A stretch of 64,000 nucleotides of DNA from IMG/VR virus record IMGVR_UViG_3300045988_020586; one strand, given 5' to 3'. This DNA is from a virus. The translations under genes were made by a program, and so were the position numbers. Below the pieces are notes generated by a model, which was given only the letters and a program-made list of their open reading frames with translations, did no database searches and had not been told where the DNA came from. Below, piece by piece: positions 24,800 through 34,795 of the stretch. The number at the start of each line of letters is the position of its first letter. Positions within the stretch are counted from its first letter, which is position 1.

Positions 24800-25225
24800 A
24801 TGGATATGACAAAGATTTTAAAGGTTATTAAGCCTTTCTTCGTAATGGAGGTTGGCGATACATTTGAGTACAACGACAAAACAAAGGAGTACAAGAGTGT
24901 ATATAACGAAGAGCATAATAGTTCAAACGAAGAGAATTCTACAGTTGTTTCCTCATACAATTCAGTTTACACTATTTCTGAAGACTACGCAAAGATGCTG
25001 GTTGAAAACGGTTATCTTGAAGAGGTTATGCAAAACACAAACAATGACAAGCAGTTTGTTAACATATTTGATGAGATTGAACATTTGCTTATTCAGTATA
25101 ATACTGATTTGAATATTCTCTTAAACTCTGATGACGATACACCTCAGTGTTTGAAAGTCGAGAAAGAGACAGTTCTTCGCAATATGATCAAATTACTCAA
25201 ACACCTTAAGTCGTTGAAAAAGTAA
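24800..25225 (+). CDS. hypothetical protein (141 aa), first gene of the rightward arm
   Basis: ORF track; ATG; TAA. Confidence 0.7.
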   Translation: MDMTKILKVIKPFFVMEVGDTFEYNDKTKEYKSVYNEEHNSSNEENSTVVSSYNSVYTISEDYAKMLVENGYLEEVMQNTNNDKQFVNIFDEIEHLLIQYNTDLNILLNSDDDTPQCLKVEKETVLRNMIKLLKHLKSLKK

Positions 25226-25226
25226 T

Positions 25227-25658
25227 ATGGAAGAAGAGAAGATGATAGATCAGACTCAGCTGGCAGAGGACTTAAGCTCAAAGATAAAGTATGAGTTTAG
25301 ACAGATGTTCTTGGTAAAGCCGCTTGAGCCTGTTAAAGTTAAAAAGAAGATCTCCGAACCTGTGGCTAAGGACACTAAGCCAAAGAAGGATAAGGATGGG
25401 ATCGAAGCAGTTGATTACGATGATGTAAAGACAGAGATTAAGGAAGTTGATTCAGATTTCTCTAGAGCTGTTGTGCTTAAGTTGCCATATGAGTATACAC
25501 ACCCATACGACGATGAAAAGATTCAGCAGATGCCTATCAAGGTTGGTGATATTGTTATATACAGATCTGCTAGAGGAGCTATGTATTTCGACTTACTTAA
25601 AGATTCTCAACTTGTATCTCTTTACGATATTGTAGCAACGGAGACAGTAGAGAAGTAA
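25227..25658 (+). CDS. hypothetical protein (143 aa)
   Basis: ORF track; ATG 1 nt after the previous stop. Confidence 0.7.
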   Translation: MEEEKMIDQTQLAEDLSSKIKYEFRQMFLVKPLEPVKVKKKISEPVAKDTKPKKDKDGIEAVDYDDVKTEIKEVDSDFSRAVVLKLPYEYTHPYDDEKIQQMPIKVGDIVIYRSARGAMYFDLLKDSQLVSLYDIVATETVEK

Positions 25659-25888
25659 TGAATATAGATAAAGTTTGTAGATAGATCGGACGACAATTAA
25701 ACGAAGATCCAGAACTAGTAAAGCAAATAGTAATGCATTAGTTCTAGTTTGTAGTTGATGTTATGAAAGATCCAGATGACACTAGAGATGTGTTAATAAA
25801 CAAACTATTTAGATTCAAGCTTAAGAATAGATTTAAAGATAATAAGAATAAACCATTAAGTCCATATGAAGAAGATAATAAACATTGA
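25658..25888 (+). CDS. possible 76-aa protein with 3 in-frame TAG
   Basis: TAATG start overlap. With TAG=Q it reads MNIDKVCRQIGRQLNEDPELVKQIVMHQFQFVVDVMKDPDDTRDVLINKLFRFKLKNRFKDNKNKPLSPYEEDNKH; TGA stop. Confidence 0.45.
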
Positions 25889-26240
25889 TCGTAAGCCGAT
25901 TATGGTTGACACAGAGACGGCTTTTGTAACATCGATAGATAGATCTACAAGAGGAATTGATGATGTATACGTTATCCCAGAAGATGCTCATATCGAATGG
26001 AGATCAAGAATGTTCCCAGACAAAACAATTGAGGCGGATGTAAAGAAAGATGATATTCTTGTCACATTCTACGATAAGGATCTCGGTACAGATTTTGTAA
26101 TAATCAAGTCTGCTGATTGGTTAAACGCTCTTAATAATGCAGCAGATGCTGATCAGAAGAGAAAGGAAGAGTGGGCAGCTAAACAGAAAAGCTCAAATTC
26201 TGAAGCTCTTGATTGTGGAGATAATTGTAGACCATGTTAA
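25866..26240 (+). CDS. hypothetical protein (124 aa)
   Basis: ORF track; ATG; TAA. Confidence 0.65.
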   Translation: MKKIINIDRKPIMVDTETAFVTSIDRSTRGIDDVYVIPEDAHIEWRSRMFPDKTIEADVKKDDILVTFYDKDLGTDFVIIKSADWLNALNNAADADQKRKEEWAAKQKSSNSEALDCGDNCRPC

Positions 26241-26250
26241 TATTTAAGTT

Positions 26251-26574
26251 ATGAAGAAAGTTGTTAAAAAGACAGTTAAGGTAGCAAAGCCAAAGTACAC
26301 AATTTCTATGATTGATGCAGCTAATGTAAGTGATATTACAGCATACTTTATTGGCCAGAAGATTTTAAATGGCATGAAGCTCACTGATTCAGATATCAGT
26401 ACAATCGTATCAATTGTTACAGATATTGTACTTGAGGATCTTATGCCAGAGGATTGTGCAGCAATTGTAAACGATAATGGCACATACAGAAAGTGTACTG
26501 CTATTAGAGTTGAGAACAAGGTTAAGAAGCCTTGGTACAAGCGAGTATGGAATTGGATTACTCGTACTAAGTAA
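26251..26574 (+). CDS. hypothetical protein (107 aa)
   Basis: ORF track; ATG; TAA. Confidence 0.65.
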   Translation: MKKVVKKTVKVAKPKYTISMIDAANVSDITAYFIGQKILNGMKLTDSDISTIVSIVTDIVLEDLMPEDCAAIVNDNGTYRKCTAIRVENKVKKPWYKRVWNWITRTK

Positions 26575-26584
26575 TCACCTTTAG

Positions 26585-26658
26585 AGTCTATTAGTCAAAC
26601 GGTAAAGACAGCCCGATATAAAGGGAATAGTTAGCAGGTTCGACTCCTGCATAGACTC
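26585..26658 (+). tRNA. tRNA-like gene with aberrant anticodon arm (identity undetermined; possibly a pseudo-tRNA)
   Basis: Good acceptor AGTCTAT/ATAGACT, D arm GTC(A)..(A)GAC and T arm GCAGG-TTCGACT-CCTGC. The anticodon region gives only CCC/GGG with an 8-nt loop GATATAAA. Confidence 0.45.
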
Positions 26659-26689
26659 CGACTTTTTGAATTCATTTGTTATCATATAA

Positions 26690-27115
26690 AAAGAATTTAA
26701 GATTTATTTGAAATAGATTACGCCCGATTTTGTAATCTCGACCAGTTTGCTGGAATTAGTCGTTAAATATAGTAAACCAGCCGGTATTGCACCAGATGCC
26801 GTTATTTGTCTGGCGAAGACAAAGACACGAAGGAGGTCCAGCTTATTGGTGAGGCTAAACCAATCCCTTCCTGGTAGGGGTTAGATACCATTTGAGTGGC
26901 ATCCCTGTGTGTACACTATAAATAAAAGGCTTCCATTGTAAGCTGACACAGGGACCCAATACTGGTTCTGCGTAACTCCAGCTAAAGGTTACGTGCTTAT
27001 ATCGAATGGGGTGCAGGTGGCAATACCTCATTAGATATTTTCATCATAAAAATGAATTTATTTTAATAGGTCGCATGAGTTTTGCGAAATAGTTTTGTGT
27101 GTTTCTATAAAAAAT
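26690..27115 (+). ncRNA. ~0.4-kb structured RNA candidate between the two tRNA genes
   Basis: No ORF. Many helices, several with T.G pairs valid only in + sense: AGATTAC/GTAATCT, CGAC[CAG-TTTG-CTG]..GTCG, CGGTAT/ATGCCG, GTCT-GGCGA-AGAC, ATTGGT/ACCAAT, CCCTGTG/CACAGGG. Confidence 0.4.
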
Positions 27116-27124
27116 ACACAATAT

Positions 27125-27195
27125 CGCGGGATGGTGAAATGGTATCACGTGTGGCTCATAACCATAGATTGCTAGTTCGACTCTAGCTCCCGCAA
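27125..27195 (+). tRNA. tRNA with anticodon CAT (Met), with a C1.A72 mismatch
   Basis: CGCGGGA-TG-GTGA AATGGTA TCAC-G-TGTGG CTCATAA CCATA-GATT-GCTAG TTCGACT CTAGC-TCCCGCA-A. Confidence 0.75.
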
Positions 27196-27349
27196 CACTG
27201 AGCTTCGATTGTGTGGTGTTCTACATATTTGGCCACCAGGAGCGAAATTGATATCAGAAAAATATGTCGGCTACAATGGTTTAAAGTGTAGCAATGTAGT
27301 TTTAGGCAGATAAAAAGCTCGGTAGCCTAAGGTGAGCTTCTACAATATT
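27196..27349 (+). ncRNA. Structured spacer downstream of tRNA-Met
   Basis: AAGCTC-GGTAGCCTAAGGT-GAGCTT; CTACAT/ATGTAG long-range pair; shares the 11-mer GAGCTTCGATT with position 6967. Confidence 0.3.
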
Positions 27350-27387
27350 GCCCATTCGCGTACCAGCTAGCGCACCGGGCTCTTTTG
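27350..27387 (+). terminator. Candidate terminator of the tRNA/ncRNA cluster
   Basis: GCCC..GCG..CGC..GGGC interrupted hairpin followed by TCTTTTG. Confidence 0.35.
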
Positions 27388-27413
27388 TCCAATGAATAAT
27401 TGAATATATAATA

Positions 27414-28316
27414 ATGGAAAATAAAATATATAAACTCTCAGACGAACAGTTTGTTGAGTTACTCAAGAAAAGTTCAACAATATCTGAAGTGTTGTTTAAA
27501 CTTGGTTATACAGTTAAAGGAAACTCTTGGGGATATTCCCAAGTAAAAAGAAGAATGGATGATCTGAATTTAGACTATTCTATATTCAAAGGCAAATCAG
27601 CTGTTATAAAAACAACCAAGTTAAACAATGTAAAGAAGGAAGATATACTAAAGAAAAATTGTAGGCATCAGCGTACAGTACTAAGGAGATACGTTATTAA
27701 AAATAATTTAATCCCATACAAATGCGCGATATGCGGATGCACCGAATGGCAAGGAAAAACATTAAGCTTGGAACTTGATCATATAAATGGTGTAAACAAT
27801 GACAATAGATTAGAAAACCTTAGGTTTTTATGCCCTAATTGTCATAGTCAAACTTCAACGTATGGAAGCAGAAATCAGCAACTTAATAGTTCTGAATATG
27901 ATATCCCAGACGATTTAAGAAAGATGGTTGAAGAGAAGTATGATGAAGTTAAAAGTGTTAAAAGAGTATCATCAATACTTGGAATACGAAGATGCGTTGT
28001 TACAAAAATAGTTAATGAATCAGGTCAAAAACATTCTAATCAAAAGTATATAATAAGGTACGATAAAGATTGGAATGAGCTCGCAAGATACGGTTCTCTC
28101 GTAGAAGCTGCCAAAGCTTTAATAGAAGCTAATGAAGTTAAAACAAAGCGAGTAAAGACTTGTACTAGAACTATAATGTACAATAAAGATAATTTTTGGT
28201 TGAACAGTCATTGGAAAATATTGGATGGTAGCGGGATAATAAATAATCCGCTATTAGAACCTTCTCTAATTGACTCGGAAGACACTGTTGACGAGGCGCA
28301 AGCGAAAGCAGCGTGA
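27414..28316 (+). CDS. HNH homing endonuclease, free-standing
   Basis: 300 aa; CAICGCTEWQGKTLSLELDHINGVNNDNRLENLRFLCPNCH; no internal TAG; TGA stop. Confidence 0.8.
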   Translation: MENKIYKLSDEQFVELLKKSSTISEVLFKLGYTVKGNSWGYSQVKRRMDDLNLDYSIFKGKSAVIKTTKLNNVKKEDILKKNCRHQRTVLRRYVIKNNLIPYKCAICGCTEWQGKTLSLELDHINGVNNDNRLENLRFLCPNCHSQTSTYGSRNQQLNSSEYDIPDDLRKMVEEKYDEVKSVKRVSSILGIRRCVVTKIVNESGQKHSNQKYIIRYDKDWNELARYGSLVEAAKALIEANEVKTKRVKTCTRTIMYNKDNFWLNSHWKILDGSGIINNPLLEPSLIDSEDTVDEAQAKAA

Positions 28317-28433
28317 CAGACTAAACGAGAAGGCTGACCTTAGGGTTGGATGCAATAGTCGAGCTAATGAACCCCGGGGGAGTGGGGGCAGCACCTACAT
28401 GGGCGACAATAATTAAACAATATTATAAATACT

Positions 28434-29908
28434 ATGGAGTTAAAATTTAAGAGACTTGAGGACGAAGCGGTCCTCCCTATTCGTAGCACAGAAGGTGCTG
28501 CAGGAATTGATTTGACATGCATTAAGATTGATACAGCTCTTAATGAAGCAAATCAGCTAATGTTGGTTTACCATACAGGATTGGCAGTTGAGATTCCTGC
28601 CGGATATGTTGGTTTACTTATACCACGCTCTAGTATTTGGAAGAAATCATTATGGCTTACTGATAATGTTGGAGTGATTGACGCTAGAATATTGATACGT
28701 TATTGAGTATCAATGCAACCAACTCTATTCGCATATCGTTATGATGATATAACTAAACACAAAATATCATGATAACAAAAATTTGCAAACAATGTGGTAA
28801 GGAATTTGATGTACCAGAATACAGAAAGGATGCTAAATACTGCTGTGACGAATGTAAACACAAAGCACTGCATGGAGATTTAAATTGTGAGTGTGAGGTT
28901 TGTGGCAAGAAATTCCACTTAAAACCATACGCTCTTAAAAAGAGTAAACATCATACATGTAGCCGCGAGTGTTTAAACAAACTTAAAAGTACATTATATA
29001 AAGGTGAAGGAAATCATCAATATGGTCTAAAAGGCGATAAGAATTCATCTTTCAAAGGAAACGTAATCCTGCGTAAGAACAATGGACTAATCGAGAGAAT
29101 GATCTACAATCCTAGACACCCATACGCTGATCGTAATGGTAGGATTAAGGAACACAGATTAATAGTTGAGCAGAATTACAAAATGTTTGACGATAAATAC
29201 TTTGAAGTTATAAACGGAGAGCATTATTTAAAGAAGAATGTAGATGTACATCACATTAACTTTAATCATAACGATAATAGAATAGAAAACCTAATTCCCT
29301 TGACTAGAGCGGAACATACAAAGCTTCATAACCAAAATGAAGTTATATACAGAAATGAGAAGGGAATGATAATTGGTGTCTTAAAACAGGGTGAATTGCT
29401 GGAAAAGCCTGAAGAGGTCAATCAGCAGCCAAGCTTGGGTAGTGATACCCTTGAAGGTTCAGAGACTAACAGCCGAGTCTTACGAGACAGTAATGCTGAC
29501 ACGAGTGCCCTGCCCGGAAACGGTGAAGATATAGTCCGATCTACTGATAACAAAATAAACAGTAGAAATATAGAGATAAAGAGCTCTATAGATTAACAAC
29601 TCCTAATTTTGTTGGATTATAGAGGAGAGATTATAGCTATAATGAAAGCCACAACAGATGTGGTTCCTGCTATTTATAAGCAGGGCGAGCGCTTCTGTCA
29701 GTTGGTCATAGTTCCGGTGCCAGAATACGAGGTTACAGAAGTGTCTGAGCTTTCTGATACAAAACGAGGCGAGAATGGCTTTGGTTCAACTGGTACCGAT
29801 AATAAGGAAGTTAGCGCAGCTGCGGGAACTGAGGCACAGGCTAGCGAACAGCCACAGTCCGTACCAGAGCAAGCGGCGGCACAAGATGGTGCTGAGGTAG
29901 GTGAGTGA
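28434..29908 (+). CDS. dut: dUTPase, split gene: join(28434..28685, 29615..29908)
   Basis: Exon 1 ends ...NVGVIDA and exon 2 starts DYRGEIIAIM..., so joining restores the GVID.DYRGE motif. Other motifs: AAGIDL, IPRSS, KRGENGFGSTG. Confidence 0.8.
28686..29614 (+). mobile_element. Group I-like intron in dUTPase carrying an HNH ORF
   Basis: The junction is set by the protein motif. The 5' exon ends in T (28685) and the intron ends in G (29614), as expected for group I. Local helix ATTGATAC-GTTATTGA-GTATCAAT near the 5' end. Confidence 0.65.
28769..29596 (+). CDS. Intron-encoded HNH homing endonuclease
   Basis: 275 aa; N-terminal Cys clusters; VDVHHINFNHNDNRIENLIPLTRAEHTKLH; no internal TAG; TAA stop. 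Confidence 0.8.
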   Translation: MITKICKQCGKEFDVPEYRKDAKYCCDECKHKALHGDLNCECEVCGKKFHLKPYALKKSKHHTCSRECLNKLKSTLYKGEGNHQYGLKGDKNSSFKGNVILRKNNGLIERMIYNPRHPYADRNGRIKEHRLIVEQNYKMFDDKYFEVINGEHYLKKNVDVHHINFNHNDNRIENLIPLTRAEHTKLHNQNEVIYRNEKGMIIGVLKQGELLEKPEEVNQQPSLGSDTLEGSETNSRVLRDSNADTSALPGNGEDIVRSTDNKINSRNIEIKSSID

Positions 29909-29928
29909 CAAGCTTGACGATCCTACAT

Positions 29929-29965
29929 AAAGGGGATTACCGAAAGGTAGTTCCCTTTTACTGTT
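29929..29965 (+). terminator. Terminator-like hairpin after dUTPase
   Basis: AAAGGGGATTACC-GAAA-GGTAGTTCCCTTT (GNRA tip) followed by a T-rich stretch. Confidence 0.55.
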
Positions 29966-29994
29966 TATATATAAACAATATAGTATTAAATAAT

Positions 29995-31431
29995 ATGAAT
30001 TTTAAGAAACAACCATTAAAAGGTGTAGAGATACATGGCGCTCCACAAGTTGGTACGCGTACAGTAAATATCTTAATGGGCGAACACGCAAACGAATTTG
30101 TCCGTGGTGATATTATGGATGCTAATGCAGTATTGCAGGCATTTGATGAGCTTAAGGGTAATGTTGATACAGATCATGATACGCTTGAAGAGCTTGTTAA
30201 TGAAATCCATAAAAATGCTAATAATATTAGCAATAATAGCACATAGATACAAAAAGTTGATGCCGCATCAAAGGCTAGAGACGAAAAAGAAGCAAAGGAT
30301 AGAACCGATGCAGATAATGCTCTCGGGGTAAGAATTGACGAAGAGGCAGCTGCTCGTAAGGCAGCAGACGCAGCAGAGTTATCTAGAGCAACACAGGAAG
30401 AGGCTAGACTTGATGCAGCAATTAAAGCTGAGGCTAATACCAGAAAGCTTAACGATGATACTATTACAAGCGCATTAAATGCAGAGATTGCCCGTGCAAA
30501 GGCTGCTGAAAAAGATAATAGTAACTCAATTGCAGCAGAAGCTGCTACAAGAAAGTCAGAAGACGACGCTATTAAGAATCTTCTTCAGAATGAGGTAACT
30601 AGAGCTACTGCTGCAGAGACAACACTTCAGGGTAACATAGATAGAGAAGCTGAAGAAAGAAAGGCAAGCGATAACACTATTACAACTAATCTTAACAATG
30701 AAATAGCAAGAGCAAAAGCTGCCGAAAAAGACAACAAGGATAGGATTGATGTACTTGATGGAGATTCTAACACAGAAGGATCTTATAGAAAAGCTATTAA
30801 AGATCTTATCAACGGCGCTCCAGAAGCATATGACACACTTAAAGAAATTGCTGACAAGCTTGCAGAAAATGATGATCTTCATCAGGCTATTGAAGAAGCT
30901 ATTGCAACAAAAGCCTCTAAGGAAGAGCTTAAAGCAGAATCAAATAGAGCAAAGGCTGCTGAAGCTGATAATGCCGCTGCAATAACAGCAGAGAAGAATA
31001 GAGCTACACAGGCAGAAAGTAATATTACTTCAAATCTCAACAAAGAGATAGATAGAGCCAAGAAGGCAGAGTAGGCTAACACTACAGCTATTACAAGCGA
31101 GGTAACCAGAGCTACTGCTAAGGAGGCAGAGTTATCTAATTCTATCGCTGCCGAAGCTAGTACTGCTAGAGCTGCTGAAAAGGCAAACACAGATAAGATT
31201 AATACAGAAATTCAGGATAGAAAGAACGCTGATACAATACTTAATAACGCAATTAATAAAGAGGTAACAGATAGAACTACTGCAATCTCTAATGCTACAA
31301 CAACTCTGAATAATAGTATTAATCAGGTTAGTACAAATCTTGCTAATCTTACAGCTACTGTAAACAACATTAGTGCATCAGTATCAAATATCACAGCAAT
31401 TAGCACAGATTATATTAACGGTTTAAGCTAA
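29995..31431 (+). CDS. Tail fibre-like coiled-coil protein (478 aa; 2 in-frame TAG)
   Basis: ATG at 29995. Frame checked across TAG 30244 and 31072. Repeated ..EIARAKAAEKDN.., ..RATAAE.. heptad-like segments. TAA stop. Confidence 0.7.
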
Positions 31432-31437
31432 TAAGAT

Positions 31438-32709
31438 ATGAAAGAGAATATTGAAACAAAAGACGTACAGAGAACCGAGTATCTTGACAAGAATGGTCTT
31501 GATATGTTGTGGGCAAAGGTCAAGGAAAACACACATAATCAGGTTGAAGTAGAAAGAAATAGAGCTGTAGCTAAAGAGAATAGTATAATTGATACAAAAG
31601 CTGATAAATCTGCACTTGATAATTACGTTCTTAGCACCGCTCTTGCAGAATATGCAAAGAAGACAGATATTCCAGAAGTCGACACTAGTGATTTTGTAAG
31701 CAAAACTACTACCGACGCACAAATCATTAATTCTTCCTTAGGTATCGTTGGTGGTGATAAATATATACAAATTGTCGAATCTATTGTAGATGAAGACCCT
31801 GTATTTGCGACTTTATCCCCTGCTCTGTTAGAATTCAATGGTAGTGATAGATCTACTATAGAATTAAATGGTTACGATGTAGATTCTAATAAAAGAAGCA
31901 GGATTACAATAGACGCTTTTAACGAAAATCCGCAGATTTTGTTGAATAACACTTCAATTAGCGACACTACCTTTTAGAACTATCTAGAAATAACCAACAA
32001 AGGCATTTCTAGCCTTGATAATAACGCTAACCACGTTTATGCTACAGATGGTTCTATAGCTGATTTGACACAATATGCTAAGAAGAGCGAGATTTCTGCA
32101 AGTGGCAATGTTGACGATGTACAAGTTAATGGCGTAAGTGTTGTAGAAAACAAGATAGCTAATATTAAACCTGCTACTAAAGAAAGTCTTGGAGTTGTAA
32201 AGGTTGGTGATGGTCTTAATGTTGCTGATGGTACTATAAGTGTTGATAGTACTGCTATAGGTGCTGGCAACTATATTCCTTATGCGAGATATGAAAGCGG
32301 CGAGTATATTATGCTTAACAATATTTGTGTAGAAGGCGCCAGAACTAAATCACTTATAGGTGGTAACGGTTTGTCTGTGTTTAAAATTGCAAATAATGGT
32401 ATACATTCCAATATATAGTGTGCTGAAATAGAATTGCAAAGTGATAAAAATCGAGTACGTATTAACGACGACGGTATTGATATATGGAAACTTGATGTTC
32501 ATGCTGAGTTAGGCATTTCTGATCATCTGCTTGGTTTAAGCAATAGAGGCATAACATTACATGGTGGTGACAATAATCATGTATTAACTTCTAACGCTTC
32601 TACTATAGATATAACTCAATATGTATTGAAGTCAGTATACGATGAAAAGATTGCAGCACTTGAAGCACGTATTGCAGCACTTGAAGCTAAGCATACAGAA
32701 ACTGCTTAA
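31438..32709 (+). CDS. Tail fibre-like protein (423 aa; 2 in-frame TAG)
   Basis: Track pieces 31438.., 32065.. and 32434.. share one frame and are separated only by TAG (31975, 32416). C-terminal IAALEARIAALEAK. Confidence 0.7.
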
Positions 32710-32722
32710 TGAAATAAAAAAT

Positions 32723-32746
32723 AACGTTAAGAAAGATTTTAACGTT
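32723..32746 (+). terminator. Hairpin after the tail fibre gene
   Basis: AACGTTAA-GAAAGATT-TTAACGTT (8 bp). Confidence 0.35.
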
Positions 32747-32772
32747 TAAGCTAGGTCTTAATGAAAGCATGA

Positions 32773-32789
32773 CGGGGTTCGCTGCCCCG
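32773..32789 (+). other. T-arm-like hairpin in the 32710-32961 leader
   Basis: CGGGG-TTCGCTG-CCCCG. Nearby helix GGGACTAG/CTAGTTCC has a G.T pair valid in + sense. Confidence 0.3.
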
Positions 32790-32961
32790 CCTAGCACAAC
32801 AGATTCTACCACGACTCCTTCCAAATGCGTACCAGGGTAGGACTTTTATTACTCCTAGGTGGAATATACTAGGACACGCGTAGCAATACGCTTATATTTA
32901 ACGGGACTAGGATTAATCCAGTCCTAGTTCCATATTGTTTTACTTTTAAAACTTAAAGACT

Positions 32962-33774
32962 ATGGATACAATCGAGAAAGTTTATTGTACAGGACACGAC
33001 AATAACGACGCTTTAGTAGCCGCTTTGGCTTCTAAGAATAACTGTGATCCAATGGCTATGGCAGCCATGATGAATCAGAATGATTATATGAATAACCCAT
33101 TTGCTTACCTTATCTGGATGATCTTCGCTATGCGTATGTGGAACAACCAGGATGGTGGTAACCAGGGAAATGCAATTCAGAGTCAGCTCGACGCAATGCG
33201 CTCACAGATCGCTGACAATCAGAATAGTTCATTGGTAATGGATGCCATAAGAGGCAATAGTAATGCAATTACTCAGTTAGCCTCTAATCTGAATTGTGAT
33301 TTCAACGCATTGAATAACGCTATTTGCTGCGTTAAGTCAGGAATTCAGGAAGTAGCAGGTAATGTAAACTTCTCTGCAGAACGCGTTATTAACGCTATTA
33401 ATCTCGGAGACGCTAATATTACATCTGCATTGCAGAACTGCTGCTGCCAGACGCAATAGAACATTATCAAGATGGGCTACGAGAATCAACTTGGGCAGAA
33501 GGACATCGTTAACCAGATGCAGACAGGTTTCAGCTACACAAACGCAGGTTTGGAAAGAGCTGCAAGTAACCTTGGTTTCCAGATGAGTTAGATGGCTTGC
33601 GATCTTAAGACGAACGCAAATGCTAATACTCAGAGAATTGTAGATGTATTGAATAATCATTGGCAGTCAGATTTGCAGTAGAGATACAATGACGCACGCC
33701 TTGAATTATCACAGTAGAAACAGAATGCTACTCTTATAGCAGCACTCAAGACTACTCCAACAGCTGCAGCTTAA
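32962..33774 (+). CDS. hypothetical virion-module protein (270 aa; 4 in-frame TAG)
   Basis: Track ORF 32962..33459 continues in frame through 4 TAG to TAA at 33772. Confidence 0.65.
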
Positions 33775-33798
33775 TTAAGTTTTAAATTATGTGTAAGT

Positions 33799-33816
33799 GC
33801 TCCTTCGGGAGCCTTT
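33799..33816 (+). terminator. UUCG-tetraloop hairpin
   Basis: GCTCC-TTCG-GGAGC followed by CTTTG. Confidence 0.5.
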
Positions 33817-33837
33817 GCATGTTAAATATGACATAAT

Positions 33838-34341
33838 ATGGCATTTAAAGACGTAAAACAAAATTATTCAATCTACATATTGAATAAACAGGATATATCT
33901 ATTACCGACGGTAAGGTTATATCAGTTGGTTTTCCGCATATGGATTTAAACAATAAGCCAACTATTGGTTAGTCATAGATGGTTATAGATGTAACTATAG
34001 AATCTAATGACAAAACCGCAACATATACAATTCCTGAAAATCTTTCTGTTACATATGCTGGAGATATTGTGCTCTCTACAGATAAGCAAGGTCTTATAGC
34101 AGAAGTTGAATCTATGAAGAATACTGCTGAAAAGATTCTCGAGTCTGTTCCAAAATAGAAAGAGGTTGTTGAAAAAGCAACAACCCTTCTATCTGATCTT
34201 AATCCAATATATAAGGAAAAGAAAGAGACTGAGTAGAGATTTGCTAAGATAGAGGAAACTATTAACAGAATGGAATCAACTGTAACTAACTTTATTAATT
34301 CGTTTCACAATGGACAAGGTAATAGTAATACGGCACAGTGA
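33838..34341 (+). CDS. hypothetical protein (167 aa; 4 in-frame TAG)
   Basis: Own translation from ATG 33838 to TGA 34339; no TAA or TGA in between. Confidence 0.6.
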
Positions 34342-34795
34342 TGAAGAATTGCCAAATACAAAGTATACTGCTAATGTGAAAAAGAACGAAGATGGCAGCT
34401 ATACAGCTAGCTTAGATATTTAGAAGTAGAGCGATTATAAAGACTATGTGAATAAGAATGGATTACATTTTACAAAGTCATTACAAGAATACGCTAGCAA
34501 ACAGATGGTTAATTCAAATGGATTAGAACATACATGGACTCCAGAATAGGTTCAAAATGTATGCAATGTTCTCAATCTAAAGATACCAAGCACATCAACA
34601 ATATATGATGTTACATATACAGCAAACATGGCTTATGCTGATTTCTATCCAGAGTTGCTTACTGAGCACGAGTGTGTTAAGTATGCAATGGCAGTTGCAA
34701 ACGACGAAGATGGATACGAAGGAATATAGTTTTGTAGATGGATTGCTGATGTAATAGCAAAGAAAGAAAATATAGATTGGGAGAAATTTAAGTAA
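34310..34795 (+). CDS. hypothetical protein (161 aa; 4 in-frame TAG)
   Basis: Own translation MDKVIVIRHSDEELPNTKY...IDWEKFK; overlaps the previous gene by 32 nt; TAA stop. Confidence 0.55.

Noticed and set aside
26855-26880. Candidate suppressor anticodon stem-loop ATTGGT-GAGGCTAA-ACCAAT containing CTA
   Set aside because: The loop is 8 nt with G rather than U before CTA. There are no acceptor, D or T arms around it. It sits inside the larger structured RNA.
26690-27115. Identification as RNase P RNA, tmRNA, SRP RNA or a group I intron
   Set aside because: Only a weak resemblance (GAAGGAGGTCCAGC) to the RNase P P4 region. There is no tRNA-Ala-like end or tag ORF for tmRNA, and no flanking split gene for an intron. 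It is left as an unclassified structured RNA.
29905-29994. N-terminal part of track ORF 29905..30246 overlapping the dUTPase stop
   Set aside because: It spans the terminator hairpin at 29929-29958. The ATG at 29995 follows the terminator and gives MNFKKQPLKG...
30556-31190. Reverse ORFs 30556..30882 and 30882..31190
   Set aside because: They are antisense to the Ala/Glu/Lys-rich tail-fibre gene. They are low-complexity (poly-Ala/Ser/Leu) mirror frames.
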